A stretch of DNA of 64,000 nt from Dimorphilus gyrociliatus (lineage: Eukaryota; Animalia; Annelida): contig CAJFCJ010000022.1 in the NCBI GenBank assembly GCA_904063045.1, forward strand, positions 248,001 through 312,000, read 5' to 3'. The notes under the pieces were generated by a model that worked only from the letters and a program-made list of their open reading frames with translations, was not told where the DNA came from and searched no databases. How positions within the stretch are numbered: the first letter of the stretch is position 1; each line of letters begins with the position of its first letter. This document shows, piece by piece, positions 37,887 to 49,900 of this stretch. A program made the translations under genes and the position numbers.

Positions 37887-40800
37887 TTATATATTCGATT
37901 TAACGCTCCATAAAATGAGATGGTTCAAGCTATCGTCGGTCCCAATTTCTTCTTCTTTTGTACCATCTTCTTCCCCAGATCTTTCAAAATCGTCAAAACC
38001 ATCACCTCCGCTAACAACTAAATCCCTATCATCGTCTGCCTTTACTGATGCTAAAAATCTAACGAGACCCGAATGACCTCTTCTTAAAGCTATTGGAGTA
38101 GGTGATGAACTGAGTGGCCTAGCCGTTGGCGTTAAAATGGGACAAGGTAAGACTAACAAGACTCCTGCACTTGTGCCTATCCATAATTCACCTCCTTCTG
38201 TACTCAAGATATCCGTTACTCTAAGGCAAGCAAGCTTATGTTGTCTAATGACATCGTCAAGACATTTAATTCTTTGTGATACAGCGTAGGAAACATTGAT
38301 TTCTGCTAGGACCTGTCTTGTTAATGTATGTATTAGAACCAAAGATGATGAATAGGCAAATGCTATCCACATGCCGTAAGAACCCGTTGTTCTTAGAGTT
38401 AGTATTTTTTTATTATCCGAAGATACAGCTACCTCTTCTTGCTCTAATAAATTCCTAGGATCTAGAATTATGACTTTAGAACTTGTAGCACACCATACAT
38501 CTCCATGTGCGGTCAAAACCATTTTAAGAACCGGTTCGTCCTGCGAACCTACCGAAGCTCTTGTAATTGACACATCAGTTTCATCTGTTCTATGCACTGC
38601 CGCTACTTGTCCTGAAGATAAGGCAACGAGTAATAATTCAGGATTGATAACGAGTAGATCATTCACAGCTGTATCTCCAACGGCCGTTTGCCTCCTTCTC
38701 TTGGTTGTCCTTATATTCTCATTACTAGGGAAGATGTGAAGACGGCCATCTGCTGATCCTAACCACATGGTACTTCTACTAGAATGTTTCAATTTTTCCG
38801 TTTCAGAGTCCTCTTCACTCTCATAACCATCATTATGCTCATATTCTCCTGATTTTATTGATGGTAATCTCTCTCCCCTTGGCCTATCTCTTATTGCAGG
38901 AACCAAGGTTATGCAGGTTACCTTCGAAGTGCAACCTGGCACCGTTGTATTTAAGGTAACTATAGGCTCTGGATTTACTGCTAGTAAGCATACATGCGTC
39001 ACGTGACCGTCGCTTTGGCAAATCCACATGTCGGCTGTATTTTGGGAAGGGCTAGCGCATGTTAGATGCATTCCTGCCCTAGTTCGTCTGATTGATAGGA
39101 CATTCTCGAATGTTGGAGATGTCTTTAAGCTAGGCCATTGGGTTGCTAATTGAAGTTTAGTTTCCTTAAAAGTGGTTTCCCAATACTGACGTTTCTCACC
39201 ATTTGTAAAAATAAAGGTTAAATGGCGTTTACCCTCTCTGCAAGAGAAAACTAATTAAGACAATAAAGCTAAATTTAGAATAACCTCAACTTACGGTAGA
39301 CTAGCGTAAATATCTAAGCGTGCAGCGCTTTTTACAACAGCTAATTCTTCTTCGGTGGTCCTTAACATTTCAATAAGGGTTTTATTTAAATTATCATTTT
39401 CGTTATGAAGATTAGACGCAGTTCTCCTCATTGATTGAATATTTGATAAATCTTCTTCCAACTCTCTTCTTTCAACGGAATTTGACTTCACTAAAGGTGA
39501 TAAATATACTGAATCTAGGGCAGCTCTTAAATAGACTTTATGCTTCACATTGTCGATAAAATCGGATGCTCCCAAGTGTGAATGTAACATAAGCGTTGCC
39601 GGTCGTCTAACGACACCAGAAGTACGCCTTTTGGCTGACGATACAATTAAGAGATCTGTAAATAACCAAAGAACGCATTGTTCGTTTCTAGGCGGCGTTA
39701 CAACGTTATCGTGGCGAACATAAGCCCTATCTGGATTAGAGGAAAGTTCTGTTAATAGCAAGTTTTCAAGTCTTTTAACTGTTGAGTGGAGATCGTGTTC
39801 TGCTTGCGATTCTTTCACGCTGTTTATCCTTATTGCAACAGCATGAACGGAAACAATTGCAGCCTCTAGGCCTGCTCTATCGGCATGCTCTGGAGGTGTG
39901 TGATGGAGTAGACGTTTCAAAAGTAATTCATAACGTGGTATACGCTGAGCGGGTTTGACTAGTTGTGCTTTAAGAGGAAGTTTACTCTTGAAATCTTTCT
40001 CTATTTGCTGCAAAGGAAATGCAATATAAATCATTGTAATAAAATTATGTTGATGTTTTGGCTAGTCTTGATTTTTCCGCCCAATAGATGGCGTTAACAG
40101 TTTTAACTGAAAAGGATGGATGACATTATGGACCAATCTCTATTTACGTAGAGTGGTTAGAATTAAGAAGTAGGTAGGCCGATGAAAGAAAAACTGTAGG
40201 AATTTTTTTAATCCCGTATCTAAAATAATGATTAAGTGTATAGAAAAAATATTATTAGACAGTAGAAAAGGCGGTTGGCAACGGTAGTAAAAACATTTTA
40301 TTTTTAGTGTTATGATTGTATTTAAATAACGGAGTTTATCTCTCTCAAAGCTAAAATTTCTAATTCAACATAAAGTGATTTTGATAGGATAGTAAAGGAT
40401 TCTTTTAATCAATAGAAAGAGGAAATGTTTTGATTTACCTCGCAGAATCTCTGGAAAATTGCCCTTTGCAGAAGAACGTCCAAAGTTCTCTCTGCCCTTG
40501 GAAAATTCTCTATAAACGATACATAACTTTCAACGACTGTTTCCTTTTGAAAAACGGCATTCATAGCTTCTCCAATCGGTTGAGAATTCATAAAAGTCAA
40601 TAGAGTAGCGTGATGCATGTATAGTTCTTTTACTTTGTAAAAGATTTCGTCAACAGTGTTGATGTCGAACGACGGGTTGGATTTCAACGGAATCATATAA
40701 CGCTGTTAAATGATTCATATTAAAAAAAATCTTTATAAATTCAAATATATACTATTTATATTCCGGTTTTACAGTAATATAATTATTGCAGAGCGTAAAA

Positions 40801-41690
40801 TTCTACAGCCCATGTGGTTTGGGGGCCGACTCTGAATTTAAGTGCACGCAGAAGGTTGGTATTTACAAGTTTCAAACTCTATGCTCTTTGATAAATATTA
40901 TTTATTTGTATTTTTAAGCTGATTTAGACCTATATTTTGTTATGTAATCCAATATTTTACTCATTCATTAGAAATTTATGAACATCTCATACAAGATAGA
41001 CCTTCACAACCGCTTCTCTTTATATCCCATTTGCATATGTTATTAGATGCTATTTTTAAATAGTTTAAGCCCTTTAAATGATTCCTTATTCTAGATTTTC
41101 AGTTATTTTTATAGTGGAGTGAAGATTTGTAGTTGCAGTTTAATTTATCTACTGCAAAAGTTTCGTTATATCAGTTTGCACCAAATTTTTTTAATAGCTT
41201 TCCATTAATATTTTTTATTCCATCCGAATGAAATAGACAAAACAGCTCTATTTTTCTATACTTTCTATTATCATTTTGAAAGTATAACGTCTGCAAAAAT
41301 TCCAGACTTACTGTTATATTACGTACCGAAACAGCGGCGACTTAACAGCTGCCAACTCTGAAAACTCTTGGGTGTTTATCCTGTTTACTTGCTCAGATAT
41401 ATTTCAAGTGCACAATTTAGACATTGTATTAAGACGAATGAATATGCAATAAATGATAAATAATCCTTTTACTATAAAGTATTTTAATTAATAAATTAAT
41501 TAATCTACGAATTAATTAATGAATAGAGAGATATAAAAAAAACTGATAGCCCAAAATATGCATTAAGTAGAATATGAAAACTTTCCTTTTGCCCTCTATA
41601 AAAAGAAAAAAGAAAAAAGAAAGGAAGAAGATAACCTATATAGGCTTAATAAACATACTTTCTTATATTTCTACTGTTATATCATATACA

Positions 41691-41731
<41 letters not shown>

Positions 41732-44700
41732 TATACACTATATATATATATTATTCCTAGAATACAAAAATCTAAGACGAAATGTGCAAGCAATGAAATT
41801 TAAAAAAAAGGAGGACTTTAGAAAAAGGTGTATATAAATAACCTACAAGCAGACTTCGGCGTGGACTGTAAAGAAAAGAGGAACTATAGAAAACACATGC
41901 ACCTGATAAAAATTTTGGCCTTAGGGTTGTAATACCACCATTTACTGAATATTATTATATAATTATAGGCTTCCCACGTTGTTTTATTAACTAATATTAA
42001 GTTACATCAACATTATTATCGATATAAAAGAGTAAGGAGGTTTACAAAAAAGTTTAAATGCAATTAAAACAAGTTCCGTATTGAGTACTGTTGAGTCATT
42101 TAGTATTATGAACTTTTATCTAGAGTATAAGCGAAAGTACTAAGTAAATAAGAAATTATGATGAAGCGAGTAAAGAGAAGAGGAAAGGGAAAATGAACGA
42201 ATAAAGAGAAATAATTAAAGAATATCTATATGATATTCAAAAACAAAGGTAACCTCAAAAAAAAAACACTATTAATTAGGGTAATTCTTCTTCGTACCAT
42301 TGTAAAATTTACGCTAATTAGGTTAAAAGATGATGACCAATCAAAAAATTTTATAGGTTTGGCAGAGTAATAAAACGGTCAGACAAACTACGAAGTCGTA
42401 ATTCAACTTAAAAACTTGTATGAATAATTAAAGAATTTCTCTTCTTTAGTGTAGGAATGTTTTAATTGAAAGGATCTATTAAGTTTTGTGATATATATAT
42501 ATATGTACGAATATCATGAAGATGAGCTATTGTGATATTCTAACAACAATTGCATAATAATACGTTATTTCTCTCTTTGTCTTATATAATTTTACTACAC
42601 ACACATGCTTATCTTATAAGTAATCGCCTTGTACAATTTTTTGCTTCAAGAAAATGCTTTACGCTCAGAATTAAAGAAGGGGATAAATTGTTTGATTATT
42701 ACGTAATCGCTTTTCCGGATAACAGTATGATTGATACGGTTAATGTCTGACTTACCTCCACAAGTTTTTGCAAGGTGGCAACGTATTCCCTTTCGGTCGT
42801 ATGCAATTCGCGAACGATCATTTCACGCTTGTCCTACATACGTAAAAAAGCGTTAAGTGGAGCAAGCGAGTTGTTTACATTCTTTTTTTGCGGTAGCAAA
42901 ACACTTAGGCCTACCTTAGCACCGATCTTCTCCCCTTCTAACAAATCGAGATCGGGAACGCTTCCTAGATGTGAATTCTTTAACAAAGATCTCTTGTGTA
43001 AAATAACGGAAGCTGAAGAGGCTGATCTGGTCAAAGACTTTTTCACATTATCATCGAGCGTCGAATCTCCCACAACTCTTAATTCATTATTAGCAGCTGG
43101 TTTACGTTTTTTTGACGGTTTTCGACGATGGATTATTTCCGGTTCAGAACTATCGTCGGTGACCTCGATTTGTTTATTAGTTCCTGTTACCATAGCTATG
43201 GGCCTTGAAGGAAGTTGTTCTTTTAAGAAGAGTGCCGGTAAACTTCTTCGAGTGTTAGATTGAATTTTCCGCGGACGTTCTCCATCCGAAAACGATTGCC
43301 TTCTGTCCAACTTTTAAAAGAATGGAAAAATAAACAAATTGATCAATAAATAAACAGCTAAAATGAAACTTTATATTAAAAAAAGGAGAGAGAGAAAGAG
43401 AATGAATGGAGATAATTTATAAAAATTCTAGTAAATTACGCTGTTTTTAACATAGTTAGGGAAGGTAAGTTAAAGAAAAAAGCATTATCATCTTGTTTTT
43501 TTCGTTTTGAACTTTTTCCCTTCATTTTGTATGCAAGAAGGGAAAAGACTCCTTCGCAGAACCCAATCTTTCTTTATGAATAGAGAAAATCATTATCCTA
43601 ATATATAAATATATATATATTTATAGACAAATGTTCTGTATATTATACGTATTCTTTCTTTACAACATAAGAAAATATATTTTCTTCATCTTCTTCATCG
43701 TCTTTTCTATTTCCTACTTCCATTCTCTCTCTCTCTCTCACTCCATGTCCCTCACTCTTTCTATTACTCATTTTCTCCTTTTTTATTCTTGACCTTCTAT
43801 CGTTTATTTTAATTTTTTGATAATAAAAAGGCGAGAAAACAGTCATTACGCTTTTTTATCTTTGCTTGTTTATAGAATCTATGTGGCAAAAGTCTATAGT
43901 TCCCCTAAGAACTAATTAGAAGCTGATAAGAACAGATGCTAATAATTTGGTAGCAACTTTAATTGTTCGACACTTTTTCCTGTTCATTTATAGGCATTTG
44001 AGTGGTGAATAAGAAACATTTATTAGTTAATCATTAAACTGGCGCTCTCAGGAAGAGATTATACCATTGCGAAATCTCTTTCATAGAGGAGAAATGAGAG
44101 AATAAGACAGAAAGACTTGTATGTAAAATAGAAAAGGTAGGCAGGACGATATAGTTAGCTTTCAATTACTAAAACTAAAAGATATACGCTTAGAAAGAGA
44201 AAAGTGAAGAGTACTGGTTGAGATGAGCTGGAATCTGGGAACGCTGTTCCACGAAATACTGCAGATGTTATTTATTAACTAGACTTTCATCATCACTTAG
44301 ACGTTGTGGCTAGTTTAAAATTATTCATAAATCTTAAAATTTCTCTTTAGTACTTTTTAATTAATTTATCTATTCCTAAAAATAGTTTAGGCGGATGGTA
44401 TTTTTAAATATCTCTTTCAAGATGTTAAGTTAACTTTTTAACCTGGGTTGGTATGGGGAATCATTTCTGATTAAAATGGGAATTTAGGAAAAGAAAATAA
44501 TAGTACAAAAAGCAAAGAAAAACAAGAAAAAACTTCTAAAATACTAAGAATTATGCTTTGTTTGTTTTTGTTAGATTATGAATGGATCAAGCGATAAAGA
44601 ATTATTAGAATCCCTAATTTTTTTGTCAAATTAACCTTTGGATTTCTTGGTTCATATTCGGTCTGCGTAGAACAAGTGCGATTGGAGGGCTCATCGCAAG

Positions 44701-45208
44701 TTGTGACAATAACTTTAATATCGTGTTCCTTAGAAGGGGCTTCTTTCTCCTTTTCATCATCTTCCTCTGCCTCCTCTTCTTCATCCTCGTCTTCGTCCTT
44801 TAGGGATTGTACGGTTTCGACAGTTTCGTTAGCAGAAGAGAAACTAATATCACTCTCTTCATCTTTTACACTCTCAAAGTCCTCTTCAGAATGTCCCTGG
44901 ATGGGTTTTTCATTCATTTCCCCTTTACTTTCCTCTTCTTCAATTTGCCTAATGATCCTCTTCAAAACACTGCTGACGACCGCCTCTATATTTTCGGCGG
45001 AAAAGTATAAAGAAATAACGCCGCACTTTGATTCGTCTATGACTTTGCGTTTCTTATTTAACTTTAAACGCCTATGTAAGAAATCGGCGGTATACGATAC
45101 AAAACGAATAGAATCTAGTAAATCGTCGTCCGCCTTCAAATTCCTACAGCAGTCGGACCTCTGCAAAACTGTAGTAGTATTATTACCGTCTGCAGAACAG
45201 CTTTGCAT
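37887..45208 (-). CDS. ARHGEF17: Rho guanine nucleotide exchange factor 17 (TEM4/p164-RhoGEF)-like, ~1124 aa as modelled
   Basis: complement(join(37887..39237,39295..40007,40439..40702,42756..42833,42915..43310,44636..45208)); all GT-AG and in phase. DH domain (KREMIVRELHTTEREYV, KPAQRIPRYELLLKRLL), split PH, RRTRAGMHLTCA, and propeller tail HKLACLRVTDIL..LWIGTSAGV, GHSGLVRFL, SGGDGFDDF, DDSLNHLILW characteristic of ARHGEF17. The 5' end is uncertain (acceptor just upstream of 45208; possible exon near 45420..45345). Confidence 0.92.
41692..41752. repeat. (AT)n microsatellite in ARHGEF17 intron
   Basis: Long TA dinucleotide run. Confidence 0.9.
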
Positions 45209-46997
45209 CGCGCGTTCGCCTTGAAAATTGCGCCTGTTTATTATCGGACGATAAGAACGCCCTCTGGGTTGGGGAAATACGTGTATTTTTTTCTCTTTCT
45301 ATTTTTTGATAAAATGAACAACAGCGTTACATTTCATTTACAACATGAAGGAAAAGGCTCGTTCTGCACGTTTCTTGCTCCTCGAACCGCTGTGACGCCA
45401 CACCAAAAAATGGACGCTACTGTTAATTTGATGTTTTTTTCTTAAAATAGCTATATTTCATGAATATTTGTATATAAACATGTAATGTATATTTATACAT
45501 AATTAAATATATATATATATATATATATTTAGTTATGTGTATTAGTATATAAATGTATATATATATATATACTACAGTAGTTTTTGCAAGCATATATATA
45601 TTTATAACTATGTTTTCAGAGATGTTAATTTCTTAGTAGCAACGTTAGCGGTACGGGTTTGTATCTATATTAAAAATACAGTAGATAATTTGTTCATAAA
45701 GATCATACAGGTTATTTACAATAAATATACAAGTAAATAAATAAATATATAAATAAATTGACACATGTGCAATTTGTATAGATATACATAGATACTCTAT
45801 ATATGTATCATAGACAGAAAAGCATTAAAAATATAATCATCTTATCGAATTGAATTAAGTTTCGTAGAAACTGCTTATGAAAAGATAACAAAAGCATTAA
45901 TAAACTAACATATTGTCATATACAGTTTGTTTTGCGTTCATATCGAACATGAATGAATAAATAAGAAAAACACTCTACATATAAACAGCTTGAAAATAAT
46001 CAAGCTTTTTATTCTGTATGAAGTTATAGAGCTGTTGAGGCGTCTCATTTTTTTCCCCTCAGCTGAAGCATCAAGCTACTTTAGTAAGGAGGAAAATCTA
46101 TTATAAAAAATCGAATAAGAGTTTAACGATAGTTCTAAACTACTTTAAACGCATTAAGTTTTGCAGATAAAAACAATTTTTATCATCTAATTGAAAGAAT
46201 ATTCTAAATATTTCAGTCATTTTGAAGAGAAAATAAAAAATATTTTCTGTCAAGTTTTATTCTGACCGGAAATAAAAAAAAGAAGAAATGAAAAAGAAAG
46301 CCTTTCCTTTTTTTTATTTGTTTCAGTTTGCTATCTGCTTTATTTGTTTTTTAAACTTTTAGAAAATTTATGGTCGATTGGCTAGATTCTTCTAGATTCT
46401 TTTACTTTTAAATGTTTACCGACTGAGTGGTAAGAGATTTAAAAGAGACTTAAATATTTATTATACCTCAAAGTTTTTATCGTACTAATTTTTTCAAGTT
46501 CATTCTATTCGTAGTTCTTCCTCTACTCCCTCTCTTTCCCCCTTTATCTCCTTATTCTTTTTTCATTTCTTTTTTTCTTCTTTCCCCCTCCCCTCCCTCC
46601 CCAAAAAAAGAAAATAAAGAAAAGCTTATCAATTCTTTTTCTTTGCCAGCTACGTTTCTCGTCAATAGAGAATACAAAGAAACAAAAATTGAGAAAAGAA
46701 GAGAGGACAAAAAAAGAGACGGATAGAAAAATAAAAAGATTGGGAATTATAACTTGATTGGTAAACAAGACAATAAAATTCGACAGTCAACTTCCTTTCT
46801 CTTTAGATTTTAATGGTTTGGTATTTTTTTTGTTCTGTTTTGTTTTTATAAAAAAAAAACTATTTCTTTCTTTTTCCTTCAATAAAAGAGTTTGTCTTGA
46901 ATGATTGTTTCTTTGTTTGATAATAACGAACCGCAAAACGTTGTATTGTCTTTCTCTTTTTTTAATTTTTTTTGTGTCCATTTCAAAGGTCACCAAT

Positions 46998-49900
46998 TTA
47001 TTTACAGTTGAAGATCTTCTTGAGATCGTCTCGGAAATTCTTGTTCATAAATGAATAAATGACTGGGTTAGCTGCGTTATTAGCAAAATATAAATAAAAT
47101 ATAATTGGGATATAATCAATAGCATTTAACGCCATAAGGCAAGCAGGAAAATAAGTGACTATAAAGACGACTGTAACAACAAACAGCATTAAAGCCGTCT
47201 TTAAATTCGCCATCGCATTTCTATCTCTTTTTACAGTCGATTTTCTTTTATCTCTGCGAGATTTTTTTCTGCCATTTTCGGGTAGGAGCTCCCCATCGGC
47301 CCCATTCAACCCTGTCACTTGAGTGGGGGCATCATCCTCGGCAACTTGCTCTCTCAGAGTAACCAAAGGGAGAGCTCGATTTTTCGCCCTTTCACTCCTT
47401 CGTTTTTTTAAGGATTTAAAAATTAAAATATACAGAATACTGACGATAACGACGGAGACAAAAAAGACGCTTGTGTAAATTGTATGGTAGACTTCCTGAA
47501 ATTTTTGAGGAATAATGCGATTCGTTGTCTGACATCTTCCGACGAATTTTTCCGAGACATTCATTTGCATTCCTCTATTTGGGTCGATATATTGGTGGAC
47601 ACTGTAAAATAGAGCCGTTACGACACCGAGCACACAGGCTACGATACCGAGAACAATTGAGAGAATTTTTGCACGATGAATATTGAGTAGATGAAGAAAA
47701 GGATGGCATATGAGAAAGTACCTGTTATATTTAAAAAATAAAATACAGTATATATAAATATTTATATGGATATTAATAAAAATGCTGAATATATTGCGGT
47801 ATATAATGTTATGGATAATGTAGGTTTTCTCTTGTAAATACTGTATACGATGTACTGTCATGTTTACACAAACACATACATGTATTAGAAATTTGTATAG
47901 CTGAATAAATTTATATTCGCAATCCATACAGTGGCCCTGAGGCTACCTGCTAATTAATTAATCGTCTTGAAAAATATGATATTACATGTTGAACACTATT
48001 TTCATCTGGATTATTACTAATTCAATCGTATGTTATTTTATTCTCATTCGGAAGATGCTATTTAAACTGACTATACTGTCTAGGATTAGGTTGGGGGTTT
48101 TAGACAGACTTTAAACCTTAAGCTCTAAATCTCTATCTTGATATTGAGTTAAGAGGATTGAATGATACCTATACGTATTCGATAATATACTGTATACAAT
48201 AATTGAAAGAAAAACGTTACATATCAGGTAAATTCCAACTTATGGTAACATCCTTAAACGGAGCCAGCTTCTCAGGCAAGCCTTTGAAGATTACCACTAT
48301 CTGCTTAGATTTCTTCATTTTATATTTTGAAGATTTAAAGTCTCATCCTTTCTAATGAATTATTCATTATATTTTCGTCTATTCAAATTGATATTCCAAT
48401 TCGTAGAGTGTTAAAGATAAAGAAAAGTCAGAAGATTAGTAAAACGAAACGTGAATAGAAATAAGAGAACGTTATGATGATATTTTTCGAGTCCTATTGG
48501 AAAATTATCTTTGATTGTAGATAGTATAATATTTTTTACCTTAAGCACTCTCATACCATTTTATTCCTACAAGTTTTGTTGAGAGAAGTGTACAAAAAAT
48601 ACAAGGCGACAATGCATATGTTTTTCCGCGCCTTATTCTATCTATCTGTCTCTCCCTCTCTGTCCATCTGCAAATCTGTCAGTTACCTTTCGTCCTTATC
48701 CTTTCAGTTTATGTATTTGTATGTACCTCTTTTAATATAATAATTGGTTTTAATATTATCTATCCAGTAATAAAATTATTCTCTCTTTTTTTCCATTAAT
48801 ATTTCAAGATTGAGTGCACCCAAGAGAATTCTTTTAGCTATTCTGCCTTATTTAAATGTAGTTGAGTATTTCTTAGAGTAAATACGCAATATTTGGCACA
48901 TTTTTTATCTCTTTATTATAACATCAAGTTTATCAAAGGCTTTCTTAATATGGTTGTAAGATTGTCATAAATGTACGGAAAATTAAAATGTAAGCTTTAC
49001 TCTATTATTACTTATAGAAAAGTTTTCATTCATAGATTCTCGTAGAACTACAATACAGGCTAGACCTTACAATTGATAGATATAAACGAAGTTTGTTCCT
49101 TTATCGTCTCTTATGGTTCTAATAATAATGAAAACAGTAATAATAATATACATACAACATCTAGGTGATGAGATATATTCATTCACATAGTAATTATTAG
49201 CAATTTAATGATAGTGCCCTTTACAGTATACTATTAAATCTCTTATATAAGAATATTACTTGGGCCTTTTAATGTTCCTTTGCAAAGGTAAGGATCTTAT
49301 AAATATATTAATAATTTTTCTTTCTATAAAAGATAGATAAAACGAATTAATTTGGTAAAGGCGCTTGATTCTTTTCTTTTTTCTATTTATCAAATACTGA
49401 TTGCTGTTAGTCTTAATAATTTCTTTTTTTTTGGGAAGAGGGGGGGGGAATGCCACTTATTTCTAAGAATAGCGTATATCGTGGGTGTAAAAGTTAATTA
49501 ACTCAATCCGTCAACAATTTTCAACACACAGGTACCAAATATTTATTGGACGTTTACTCTTGACAGAAAACGAAGAATTCTTCACTTGTTTGCCCTTGTT
49601 GACAAATAGAAACGTATCTTTAAAGCTCTAATATCTTGCATAGAAAGAAGCTAATAAAAGAAAGAGCTTCTAAAGGTAGATTAAGATGTAAAAGTTGTAT
49701 ATAGAAATACAGAATATAATATTCTGTTTAATGAAGATACATTTTACTTCCGGTGAAAAATTTATTAATGAAATACTCTTAATCTTTAACTGACGGTTAA
49801 ACAAATGTAACTTATAAAAGTTGACAAGCTGAAGAATGATAGAATATCATTATAATGAGAGACAAACATACTAAAACTGAGTGTTTTGTCAATTTAACAA

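Noticed and set aside
13518-45224. Long antisense ORFs (13518..13808, 16439..16873, 17368..17571, 23955..24152, 25500..25697, 38470..38739, 42775..43263, 44676..45224)
   Set aside because: All lie exactly opposite real exons; typical shadow ORFs with no independent motifs.
47722-47927. 69-codon in-frame extension upstream of the GPCR's last exon
   Set aside because: I/Y/N-rich AT-repeat translation of intron; the real TM1-3 exon is at 51704..51355.
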